Shown piece after piece: positions 51,701 to 60,525 of a DNA stretch of 64,000 nucleotides. Both the position numbers and the translations under genes were made by a program. The stretch spans positions 1-64,000 of IMG/VR virus record IMGVR_UViG_3300026544_000001; one strand, given 5' to 3'. The stretch comes from a virus. Under the pieces are notes generated by a model. It saw only the letters and a program-made list of their open reading frames with translations, made no database searches and was not told the DNA's origin. The first letter of the stretch is position 1; each line of letters begins with the position of its first letter.

Positions 51701-52026
51701 AATCCTGTACATCCTAATATTTTTCCATGTTCATCTTTCTGAACTTGTCCTGGTGCTACTACATCTGTTCTATCCTTATCCTTACAATTAAGAGCTAAGG
51801 CACTAATAATGTAAATAGTATTAGGCTTAGGCTCTGGCAGATAGTCAATATCTCCACTTATTGTTTTATATATAGGTAAATTAGATTGTTTACTTACTCG
51901 TTTTCTATTAGTTGTACATCTTACAACTATACCTGATTTAGGTATAGTTATTCCTGTTGATACTTCTGTTATATCGTGCTTAGTTAGATTTATATAGTTA
52001 ATTCCATTGTGTGTTGTTTGTTTCAT
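51691..52026 (-). CDS. Phage hypothetical protein
   Basis: INLTKHDI...LPEPKPNTIYIIS...RTDVVAPG...G.ILGC pattern, recalled from other phage proteins. Confidence 0.6.
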   Translation of the reverse strand: MKQTTHNGINYINLTKHDITEVSTGITIPKSGIVVRCTTNRKRVSKQSNLPIYKTISGDIDYLPEPKPNTIYIISALALNCKDKDRTDVVAPGQVQKDEHGKILGCTGFRL

Positions 52027-52035
52027 ATTTGCTCC

Positions 52036-53814
52036 TTATTTCATTGCTGATTGTTCTATTACTGTATCATTAGCTACTTTATCTACAGATAATAGTATCT
52101 TACCAAATGCAATAGCTGCTTTAGTTGATGTAATATTCAATGTTTGTTGATATTGTTTTATTATAGTTTGTCTATTATCAAATAGATCTTGCAATTGTTT
52201 AGTATACTCTACTCTAGCTGTTGATCCTGGTAAGCATAGTATAGCATCATGTATACCTATTGCCCATTCATTAGTATTCATTAATTTAACTAATGTATTG
52301 TTAAGTAATTGACTATCTAGATTATGTACTAAACAAGTTGTATAGTATAATGAGAATCGTTTATAATCAGGTAATCTCATAGGTTTGTGTATCATAGTAG
52401 TCCTAAACTTGTTAATAGATGGATCCCAATATGTGTATACATTTAGTTTACTATCAATAGTCTTAAACTTATTCACTTCTATAGTAAACTCATCATTCCA
52501 TATATTAGCTTTATAGTTTGGTGTAGTTATATTACCAAACATAGTCCAATAGTCTTTAGATTGTCGTACTATACTAAAAGCACCTGATTTAAACTCTTGT
52601 TTTATTGCATTCATTTGCTCTTTAGATAGTTCAATATTCTTTTTAGCTAATAATTGCTTAAATGACTGATTAGAGCCATACGAAATAGGTGTACCAATAG
52701 CTTTAACACCTACTCTAGGTACATCTGCTACATCCCAAAAGTCTTTTAAACTATCTTTATTGATAAGATTAGTTTTATCCATAAGTCTACTATCTCCAAA
52801 TAGTAATCCTGTGATACCAGCTACTGAAGCTGTCATGTCTATCTCAATAGGTATATCCCATTTAACTATATCATTAGTAAATAGGGTATCTAATCTACTA
52901 TAGATTCGCTCTAACCATATATGTTCATGATCTATATGTTTAGGCAGTTCTCGTCTAAGGTATGCTGCTTTACCTGCTAATGCTTTAGTAGCCCATCTAT
53001 TAGATTTAATACCTAATAATTCAGCTATAAATCTATATATATCCTTAAGTTTACTATAGTCCTTAGTAGTAATCATAGTATACTTATTAGATATAAGTAA
53101 AGCTCTTGCATTCTTATCAGCTATAGGATTAAATACTCTTTTAAGTCCGGTATAGATAGATCTACCTCTACTATCACTAATGTTAGCTTCCATATTATAA
53201 CGAGCTTTAGGATTAGCTGTATAGTAAGCAAATAACCATTTAGATATTTCTCCATAGTTAAGTATATCATCTTCAACAAATGAAAATCGTTCCTTCATTT
53301 TAGTTATAGATTTAACTAGTTGTTCAGTGATATAGTCTTCGTACTTAATCATCATAGGTATGTCAAAGCTAAATTGTTGTTTAGCAGCATACTCAAATCC
53401 AGTACGAACTAATCCAATATCCTTAACACCAGATGGTGTACTAGTCAATAAACTAGATGACTCTTCAGTGTTACATTTAAGTGAGTATTGTCTAATCTTA
53501 ATAGATTTTCTATAGTTATCTCGTTCACTCGTAGTAGTATACTTAGCTATAGCTAATGTTGATAACTTAATAGATGCAAATTTAGCTGATCCATTAATAC
53601 TAAGCCAATTAGAATCTTTCTGAGTAAGAGCATAAGTAATCTTATTCATAAGTTCTTGACCTATCTTATCAATCCAATAAGGTATAGATAATGAGTTATT
53701 AAATACCCATGCTCGTTCAAGAGCTAAGATAAATTGTTTAGTTGGTTCCGAAGTTAGTTCAATATAATTTCGTACATTAGTTGTTGTATGTTGTGTTAAT
53801 AGGTTTAGTACCAT
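52036..53814 (-). CDS. T7-family single-subunit RNA polymerase (middle RNAP), compact 592 aa
   Basis: DSRGRSIY, EIDMTAS (motif A), RVGVKAIGTPISYGS (motif B), VHNLDS, IHDA (motif C). Confidence 0.9.
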   Translation of the reverse strand: MVLNLLTQHTTTNVRNYIELTSEPTKQFILALERAWVFNNSLSIPYWIDKIGQELMNKITYALTQKDSNWLSINGSAKFASIKLSTLAIAKYTTTSERDNYRKSIKIRQYSLKCNTEESSSLLTSTPSGVKDIGLVRTGFEYAAKQQFSFDIPMMIKYEDYITEQLVKSITKMKERFSFVEDDILNYGEISKWLFAYYTANPKARYNMEANISDSRGRSIYTGLKRVFNPIADKNARALLISNKYTMITTKDYSKLKDIYRFIAELLGIKSNRWATKALAGKAAYLRRELPKHIDHEHIWLERIYSRLDTLFTNDIVKWDIPIEIDMTASVAGITGLLFGDSRLMDKTNLINKDSLKDFWDVADVPRVGVKAIGTPISYGSNQSFKQLLAKKNIELSKEQMNAIKQEFKSGAFSIVRQSKDYWTMFGNITTPNYKANIWNDEFTIEVNKFKTIDSKLNVYTYWDPSINKFRTTMIHKPMRLPDYKRFSLYYTTCLVHNLDSQLLNNTLVKLMNTNEWAIGIHDAILCLPGSTARVEYTKQLQDLFDNRQTIIKQYQQTLNITSTKAAIAFGKILLSVDKVANDTVIEQSAMK

Positions 53815-53835
53815 TTTATTTTCTCCTTATTAGTT

Positions 53836-53872
53836 AAAATAGTAACCCCATGAATAGTAGATGGGATTACTA
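53836..53872 (-). terminator. Intrinsic terminator between the 201-aa gene and the RNAP gene
   Basis: TAGTAATCCCAT-N9-ATGGGGTTACTA followed by TTTT. Confidence 0.65.
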
Positions 53873-53887
53873 AGTAATTGGTTAGTA

Positions 53888-54493
53888 TTATGCTGATTGT
53901 AATGCTTCACTAGCAGCTTTAGCTAGTTTAATTTCATCAAGTTCACGTTGTATCTTAGTCATAGCAATAGATTCATTCTTAGAGTAAACTTCTTCAGTCA
54001 TTTTGAAATCAACAGCAGATAGATTAGCAGCTTCAGCAAACTCAACATATGCATCATATAGTGCAACATAGTTAGGTTCTTCACCAGATACTACATTATA
54101 CTCATCATCCATAAAGCTATTGAAGCCTTTGTACTCTTTAATATCAAGCATCATATCATGAGTAATATTCCAACCTTTAGATTGTAATGTCTCTATGATT
54201 TCATCTTGTAAGTCAAGTTCCAACTGAGCATCCCATGGCTTATCAATGATAGGTGATGCATATAGAGCTACAAGCTTATTGATAGCAGCAGGTACTTTAC
54301 CATATGAGTCTTTTCTTATACCTCTTCTGAAGAATTGTTGTAAGAATTTATCATCTTTACCTAATTTAGTTGATAGTGATAAAACTATTGGTTTAAGTAC
54401 ATCTACTGATTGAGCTACTAGTCTATTGTTGATTGTTATATCACTGATTGTTCTTGTTGTTCCATCTAGTTTTGTTATTGTATTAATTTCCAT
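53888..54493 (-). CDS. Early acidic protein, possible RNAP cofactor
   Basis: 201-aa ORF directly upstream of RNAP; function inferred from position only. Confidence 0.5.
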   Translation of the reverse strand: MEINTITKLDGTTRTISDITINNRLVAQSVDVLKPIVLSLSTKLGKDDKFLQQFFRRGIRKDSYGKVPAAINKLVALYASPIIDKPWDAQLELDLQDEIIETLQSKGWNITHDMMLDIKEYKGFNSFMDDEYNVVSGEEPNYVALYDAYVEFAEAANLSAVDFKMTEEVYSKNESIAMTKIQRELDEIKLAKAASEALQSA

Positions 54494-54550
54494 TATTATT
54501 CCTTTATATGGTTATTAGTGGTTGCTTACTTGAAGCTACAGTTTATGTTC

Positions 54551-54565
54551 CGTTACATTAAATTT
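54551..54565 (-). promoter_or_regulatory. Candidate phage early promoter motif (variant AAATTTAATGTAACG)
   Basis: One of four co-oriented copies. Confidence 0.45.
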
Positions 54566-54686
54566 ATATATTGTAAATACTAGTAATGCTATAATAGTAC
54601 CTACTACTAAGATACTGAATACAGCATAGAGTAGAGATAGTATTAATGATATGACTAGGATGAGAGATGCTAAAAGTTGTAGTTGT

Positions 54687-54941
54687 TTAATCATCTATTA
54701 TCTCCTTGAAGGTTGCTTCTATACCAGATAAATCAGGTGGATATAGGTATAGGTAGAATGATATTGTGAATGATGCTACCATTGCGATAGACATACCTGT
54801 CTTAGTTCCTCCGAACATAAGGTTAAGTGCTAAGATCATTAAAAGATCTAATATAGCGTCTAGTTTATGGTTATGGTTGAACTTCCATCGTATTACGATT
54901 AGATTGAATGCTGATAGTACTCCTACTATTAGTACTTCCAT
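54687..54941 (-). CDS. Small multi-pass membrane protein
   Basis: Three hydrophobic segments in 84 aa; followed by a 52-aa hydrophobic ORF (54536-54694). Confidence 0.6.
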   Translation of the reverse strand: MEVLIVGVLSAFNLIVIRWKFNHNHKLDAILDLLMILALNLMFGGTKTGMSIAMVASFTISFYLYLYPPDLSGIEATFKEIIDD

Positions 54942-54960
54942 GTTTACTCCTTGTGTAGGT

Positions 54961-54975
54961 CACTACATTGAATTT
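54961..54975 (-). promoter_or_regulatory. Candidate phage early promoter motif (AAATTCAATGTAGTG)
   Basis: Immediately upstream of the RBS of the 54941 gene. Confidence 0.55.
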
Positions 54976-55066
54976 GTTTGTAGTGTGATTCAATTAATAT
55001 TATAGATGTTCTAAGATTACGTATTGTGCTATTATTGATCTTTTCGATTAGAATGTAGTGTAATAG

Positions 55067-55528
55067 TCATATTTCATTTTTAGTTGATATTTGTACATCA
55101 TAATTTGAATCTATTATAGTTTCTGCTATAACTAAATCATGATCTAATAATTTACTACCTTCTTGAAATTCAGTAACATCTTTTTTACCTAATATCCATG
55201 TAGATCTAACTATACCTTTATGAGTTTCTTGCTCAAAATGTATCCAACCTGTGTTAGATAGTTTTAATCTATAATGTTTAACTTTTCTAGATGTCCATCC
55301 TATAGATCTTCCTACTAATATATCGTCTAATAGATTAAAATGTGTTACATAAGCTTTACTTACATAATAGTTATATAGATATAGTGCCTCTGCATTTATA
55401 TCTGAAACTAACTCTCTTTGTAAAGCTAAACTAAGAGTGTAGGTACTTTTTGAATGATGTTTCTTACTCATAATGCATGTTCCTCGGTAGATAAATTTTT
55501 GTTTAAGCTTACTTTTGCTATACTTCAT
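55067..55528 (-). CDS. Winged-HTH protein (cassette B)
   Basis: INAEALYLYNYY..KA...VGRSIGWTSRKVKHYRLKLSNTGWI aligns with the 34686-35108 protein. Confidence 0.7.
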   Translation of the reverse strand: MKYSKSKLKQKFIYRGTCIMSKKHHSKSTYTLSLALQRELVSDINAEALYLYNYYVSKAYVTHFNLLDDILVGRSIGWTSRKVKHYRLKLSNTGWIHFEQETHKGIVRSTWILGKKDVTEFQEGSKLLDHDLVIAETIIDSNYDVQISTKNEI

Positions 55529-55612
55529 TTAACAATCCTTAATGGAAGAGTTAAAATTATTAACCACATCTAAAAGTTAATCTCTTCCTTCTAACCAAAA
55601 GTTTACCAAATG

Positions 55613-55793
55613 TTGTCTGATATATACCTTAACTGGACAAGATCTTGTCCAATGACCCTATAACTGGACAATATTGTGTTAGTACTGAATTTAACTATAA
55701 TACCGATGTATACTAGCTTATAATCAATTTAATGGTAAATTAGAATCACTACCTTATATTATATATTATATATTATATATGTAGATTCTAATT
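55613..55793. promoter_or_regulatory. Cassette B control region
   Basis: TAACTGGACAA at 55630 and 55661; palindrome TGGACAAGATCTTGTCCA; AATTAGAATC/GATTCTAATT IR around a TATATAT-repeat tract. Confidence 0.6.
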
Positions 55794-55806
55794 GATAGAG
55801 TGCATA

Positions 55807-55835
55807 AGTAAAAGATATACTCTCTTTAGGATACT
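55807..55835. repeat. 29-bp direct repeat, copy 1
   Basis: AGTAAAAGATATACTCTCTTTAGGATACT, identical at 56450-56478. Confidence 0.9.
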
Positions 55836-55844
55836 AAATAATTA

Positions 55845-56270
55845 CTATAGCCTATTATCCCATTTTAGTTTATACTTATCATAATTAGATGGTAATAATA
55901 GATCAGGATTTATCATATAATTGTATCTATCTATTTTACCTATTATGTTCTTTTTACGTAAGCTACTTACTGCTGTAGATATCTTTTTCTTCTGTGACTC
56001 TGTACAAGCTATTAAACTACGTTGAAATTGTACTATAGGTACATACTCTTTCTCTATTGGACAATAGTTTATCTTGTTCTTAATATACTTAATAACTTCT
56101 TGCTCTGACTTTGTTAATTTCATTACTATGTCTACTAAATCCATTTGTATTGCTCCTCTATCTACACCTAATCGTATAAAAGGTATATGTGCTTTAACAC
56201 TATCCTCTTCAACTATGGTTACTTTTTTACCTTTTTTTAAGGTAACACTTACTATACTGTTATCATCCAT
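55845..56270 (-). CDS. RepL-like winged-HTH protein (cassette C)
   Basis: LTKSEQEVI...ISTAVSSLRKKNII...YMINPDLL, as in plasmid RepL-type proteins. Confidence 0.6.
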   Translation of the reverse strand: MDDNSIVSVTLKKGKKVTIVEEDSVKAHIPFIRLGVDRGAIQMDLVDIVMKLTKSEQEVIKYIKNKINYCPIEKEYVPIVQFQRSLIACTESQKKKISTAVSSLRKKNIIGKIDRYNYMINPDLLLPSNYDKYKLKWDNRL

Positions 56271-56305
56271 TTAGCAACTCCTTGCTTAATTATTTCTTCG
56301 ACATT

Positions 56306-56440
56306 ATTATAGTAGGTGTTAGCTTAATAGTCCCTTTAAATAGGGATTTTACTAGTTATAAAGTCCCTTTAACTAGGGACTCAAAATAAGTACTAATACG
56401 ATGGTTAAGCTATAGTTACATTCTAAGAGTATATAGCTAA
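56306..56440 (-). promoter_or_regulatory. Cassette C control region
   Basis: TTAAG-N11-TATAAT (56306-56327); palindromes AGTCCCT-N6-AGGGA(T/C)T at 56329 and 56362. Confidence 0.65.
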
Positions 56441-56449
56441 CTAGGTAAT

Positions 56450-56478
56450 AGTAAAAGATATACTCTCTTTAGGATACT
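56450..56478. repeat. 29-bp direct repeat, copy 2
   Basis: Identical to 55807-55835. Confidence 0.9.
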
Positions 56479-56505
56479 CTCATAGAAAAAGATAGTAACA
56501 ACCTA

Positions 56506-56787
56506 TTAGGCTGCTACATCTTTAGCTTGAGTTTCTGCTTTAACTTGTTCATCAGATACTTGTTTACCTGATAGTACCATAGCTATTTGATTGTTAGTTA
56601 CAACTCTTTCTAATGACTCTAATTGTTTAAGTTGCTCATTTCTAACTGAAGCATTAGAGATAAGTATTTCATTACCATAAGTTGATACTGTATCATCTAT
56701 TAGTTGAGCTGAAGTGTCTACTACATTAAGAGTTGTAGTTACTGGAGTCCATACTTGACCGATTGCTTTTTTGATTGATTTAAACAT
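56506..56787 (-). CDS. First sizeable early protein (hypothetical)
   Basis: Start MFKSIKKAIG after AAAGGA; amphipathic N-terminus. Confidence 0.6.
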   Translation of the reverse strand: MFKSIKKAIGQVWTPVTTTLNVVDTSAQLIDDTVSTYGNEILISNASVRNEQLKQLESLERVVTNNQIAMVLSGKQVSDEQVKAETQAKDVAA

Positions 56788-56853
56788 TATTAATCCTTTA
56801 TGATTATTTGATATATGATTGTACTGTATGTACACTAGTTGCTTGGTAATTAC

Positions 56854-56868
56854 CACTACATTAAATTT
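56854..56868 (-). promoter_or_regulatory. Candidate phage early promoter motif (AAATTTAATGTAGTG)
   Basis: Identical to 56994-57008. Confidence 0.6.
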
Positions 56869-56993
56869 CTATAAGCTATATTCAGCACATAGTAATAGCA
56901 TCTCTAAGTCAAGATCTATTATAGAGGTATAGTCTAACATATTAACTCCTTATTTATTATGTGTATAACTATACGATAAATAGTTATACAATT

Positions 56994-57008
56994 CACTACA
57001 TTAAATTT
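56994..57008 (-). promoter_or_regulatory. Candidate phage early promoter motif (AAATTTAATGTAGTG)
   Basis: Outermost copy, at the head of the early block. Confidence 0.6.
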
Positions 57009-57262
57009 AAAAGGGTCCCCTATAGAAGTATATGGAGACTAGTGGGGGGGTGTAATTTAAATAATAGGCATAGAAACGGAGATACTACCCCTCTTGCTAC
57101 ATAATATAATTTCCTCAAATCTACAAAATTATAAAATTAAGTTGCTTATTAATAGCTCTAAACAGCTCATAGTCGGTCTACAAACAACAAACGTATAGAT
57201 TAAATACCATAAAGTAGGGCAAAAATATTATAGGTTATTTGCTAACTACTAGCTCAATAATA

Positions 57263-57296
57263 TTGACATTATAGTTAAATATGTGTATACTATGAT
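57263..57296 (+). promoter_or_regulatory. Host sigma70 promoter for late genes
   Basis: TTGACA-N17-TATACT, with overlapping TTAAA-N11-TATGAT. Confidence 0.7.
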
Positions 57297-57316
57297 AAAC
57301 AGTATAGGAGATTAAT

Positions 57317-58120
57317 ATGAATAATGAGTATGAAAAAGATAATAGTACTAAACAACCATTAATTGATGGGATGACCCCTACTATCAAGGAACAATATTTA
57401 GATAGAGATAAGTTAATGAGATTTCTACCTAAAGGTAGTAGAAGAACTGTTACTGATGAGTTGATGAAAAAGATAAAGAGTATTGAGGAAGATGCAGGGA
57501 TACTACAAGAGTATGCTGAAGAACAAATACTTACACATATAGGTGTGTTGAAGGAAGTTAAGTGTAGTGTTGGTGAGTACATTGATGCTGTTAAGTTTGT
57601 ATCCTTGACTAATAGTGGTATGAGTAATAGTAAGGCTTATGAGATAGTATTTCCTGAGCGAGTTAAGAAGATCATGGATAGAACTGGTGAGATGAATACT
57701 AGTTGGAGTACACAGTATAACCAGAATGCGATAGTTACTAAGTTAAGAGTTGCTATGTATGTACCTGTGCAGATTACACATAAGCCTATTGAAGCGCATG
57801 CTATTAATACATTGTTTGCTTTGAGTAGAGGCGAGAGTCCTGTTGAAGGTATGAGAGTTAGTGCTAATGTTGTTAAAGACAGTGCTATTGGATTATTGAA
57901 TTATTTCAAGGAAGAGAAGGATAAAGGTACCACTATTAACATAGGTGTTGGTGAGAGTGATGAAGCATTAAAGGTTAAGAAACAGATGGCTGATAGTATA
58001 GAGAAGATGATTGAGTTACAAAGAGAAGCTTTTCAAAAAGGTATTCCCGTTGAGGATATACAGAAAATGTATATAGATGTTGAAGTATCTGAAGGAGGCG
58101 ATGAAGATGCTTACTGTTGA
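57317..58120 (+). CDS. N4 gp69-like protein, probable terminase small subunit
   Basis: Directly upstream of terL; EYIDAVKFVS...AYEIVFPER pattern. Confidence 0.65.
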   Translation: MNNEYEKDNSTKQPLIDGMTPTIKEQYLDRDKLMRFLPKGSRRTVTDELMKKIKSIEEDAGILQEYAEEQILTHIGVLKEVKCSVGEYIDAVKFVSLTNSGMSNSKAYEIVFPERVKKIMDRTGEMNTSWSTQYNQNAIVTKLRVAMYVPVQITHKPIEAHAINTLFALSRGESPVEGMRVSANVVKDSAIGLLNYFKEEKDKGTTINIGVGESDEALKVKKQMADSIEKMIELQREAFQKGIPVEDIQKMYIDVEVSEGGDEDAYC

Positions 58121-60017
58121 TATGTTAGATGAGGAGTTAGCTAAGATATACCCTAATGGTGTTGATTGTCACAAAGGCTTAGCTGTAGGCTCTGATGGTA
58201 TTGTGTTTAAGCACTTGGAAGGTAAAAGACCTACAGTAGATGAGTTATTAGATTGTGTAGATGTAGAACTTACTTGGTATGTTCCTAGTGATTTTGCTAT
58301 AGAGTTTGTTATGTTTATTAGTTTAGTGTTAGGTGAAAGTCCTCAGAATAAGAATAGTAAACCACAGTATTTTATGATAGATTGCATGTTTCAACAGTTA
58401 AATGTTAAACCTTACTTTATGGTAAGAAACATAAACTTTGATGACATGGTTGGAGAGACTGTTATACTATGTTCAAGGGAATTCGGGAAATCTGCACTTG
58501 TTACCTACTTTATATTGTATATGGCGTACAAGCAGTTTGTGCCCGGGTTTGGTAGAGTTAATTATGGGTTATATGTTAGTGATAGTATGCGTAATAATGT
58601 TAAAAAAATGATGGGTAGATTGAAAGGTATTTATAATGAGAGTAGATTTCTACAGGATAAGTTTGAAGAAGTAGCTATAACGCAAGAAGAAGCTGTGTTT
58701 GTTAGAAAACCGGAAACTAAAAAAGAACTAGAGTCTTACAGGCATACAGTAGAGATTGAGAAGAAACCTGCTAATCAAGTTCCTGGTAGAATGAAAAGAA
58801 TATTTAAAGTTGATGGTCTTGGCGCTAGCACTAGTTCTAGAGGGGCCAGTAACTTATTAAGTAGACCTGACTTTTTTATATGTGATGATATGATAGCTAA
58901 TGAGAAGGATGCTAGAAGTGATGCTGTATTAGATAGTATAGAGAGTACTATAGAAAGTGATGTTAGAGGGGGTATGAGCGGTAATGGGTACTTTGGTGTA
59001 TTGATAGGTACGCCTTATAATAAAAGTGATCCTATTTATAGTAGAATAGAGAGTGCTGCAGCATTACCTGTTGTATTTCCTAGAGCGGAACAAATGCCTA
59101 CTGATGACTTAGATAAAAGTGTATTTAAGAGTGTATGGCCTGATAGACACACCTATAAGAACTGTAGAAAGGAGTATGTAGCTGCTAGAATGGCTAAGCA
59201 GATGACAGGTAATAATCAGAAGATGCGAAGTTTACTGCAAGAGCATTACTTACGAATTAGTGATCAGGATGAAAGAATGATACCTGATAGTATGCTGCAG
59301 TGGTATAGTAGGAAGAGTTTAGGCAGGTATTTAGAAGGTTATAAGTTATACATGACTACCGACTTTACCGCTAGTAATACTATTGATAACGGAGACTATA
59401 GTGTAATAGCTATGTGGGCATGTACTAATAATAAGGACTGGTTTATGTTGGACTTAGTGTGCAGAAGGATGACTATACAGCAACAGTTTACTGAATGTGT
59501 TAATATGGTGCAGAAATGGAGTGTTAGTTCTGGTCAGCATATAACAGTAGGTGTAGAGATAGATGGGCAGCAGCAAACTAATATCTATAGTTTACAAGAG
59601 CTACAAAGGAAGCATCAAGTATGGTTTAGTTTTGCTAGTCAGATAGGTCAAGGTACTGATAAGTTTGGTATAAGTCGTAGAAGAAGCGGTAACGATAAGC
59701 ATGGTAACTTTATGCAGATACAGCACTTATTTTTTGATAGAAAGATATTCTTTCCTGAGGAGTTAGCTGAGTCTCCTGATATGCTGGAGTTGATGGATGA
59801 GTTGAAATATATTACTTATACATCTATTAATAGTAAGCATGATGATGCACTTGACGTTATTAGTATGTTAGGACTGGTTAATGTAATATACCCTAATGTA
59901 GACGTAGTTACACATAAGGTAATTGATACAGTAGACAGTAGTTGGAATGTATATAAAAGCAAAGAGAATTTTATGGAAGATGAGTATGAAGACGCTGGTT
60001 GGGCAAGCTATATTTAA
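58101..60017 (+). CDS. terL: Terminase large subunit
   Basis: SREFGKS Walker A, RPDFFICDD Walker B, IGTP, TTDFT, DYSVI, HDDALD; start set after AAGGAGG. Confidence 0.92.
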   Translation: MKMLTVDMLDEELAKIYPNGVDCHKGLAVGSDGIVFKHLEGKRPTVDELLDCVDVELTWYVPSDFAIEFVMFISLVLGESPQNKNSKPQYFMIDCMFQQLNVKPYFMVRNINFDDMVGETVILCSREFGKSALVTYFILYMAYKQFVPGFGRVNYGLYVSDSMRNNVKKMMGRLKGIYNESRFLQDKFEEVAITQEEAVFVRKPETKKELESYRHTVEIEKKPANQVPGRMKRIFKVDGLGASTSSRGASNLLSRPDFFICDDMIANEKDARSDAVLDSIESTIESDVRGGMSGNGYFGVLIGTPYNKSDPIYSRIESAAALPVVFPRAEQMPTDDLDKSVFKSVWPDRHTYKNCRKEYVAARMAKQMTGNNQKMRSLLQEHYLRISDQDERMIPDSMLQWYSRKSLGRYLEGYKLYMTTDFTASNTIDNGDYSVIAMWACTNNKDWFMLDLVCRRMTIQQQFTECVNMVQKWSVSSGQHITVGVEIDGQQQTNIYSLQELQRKHQVWFSFASQIGQGTDKFGISRRRSGNDKHGNFMQIQHLFFDRKIFFPEELAESPDMLELMDELKYITYTSINSKHDDALDVISMLGLVNVIYPNVDVVTHKVIDTVDSSWNVYKSKENFMEDEYEDAGWASYI

Positions 60018-60035
60018 GTAAAATATTGATATAAT
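60014..60035 (+). promoter_or_regulatory. Host sigma70-type promoter
   Basis: TTAAG-N11-TATAAT. Confidence 0.65.
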
Positions 60036-60063
60036 AGGTTTAAAATAAATAAGGAAATGTACA

Positions 60064-60525
60064 ATGACATATGGTGAAGTATTAGATTTAGTTTCTGTTT
60101 ACACTACTGGAGATCTTAAAATGCCTCAGGAAGATAGTAAGAAACTAGTTGCATTAAAATCTGCATTCTATTTTGCTGCTGACCATTGTACCGCTCTTAA
60201 ACTACTGACTGCTAATAAAGCCTCATCTATTATACGTATGGGTCCTGGTGGTACTTACGTACGTATGCCAAACTTGCCTAGAGACCTAACTGATGAACTT
60301 GACATAGATAGTGAGTTATGTCCAGCTATTGCTAGGGTAATGGCGTCGTATTTTACTAAAGATATTAGTACTAGGAATTACCATAAAAAAGAAGCTATAG
60401 AAGTATTTCATGCTTATAATGATAAAGTATCAGAGTTTATGGAAGAACAGAACTCTTTAGGGGTATATGATGAAGTAACTGGTGACAGTGCCCAAGCAGT
60501 GTATGGGAATATCTATGCTGTTTAA
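60064..60525 (+). CDS. Putative virion structural protein
   Basis: 153-aa late ORF after terL; function inferred from position only. Confidence 0.45.
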   Translation: MTYGEVLDLVSVYTTGDLKMPQEDSKKLVALKSAFYFAADHCTALKLLTANKASSIIRMGPGGTYVRMPNLPRDLTDELDIDSELCPAIARVMASYFTKDISTRNYHKKEAIEVFHAYNDKVSEFMEEQNSLGVYDEVTGDSAQAVYGNIYAV

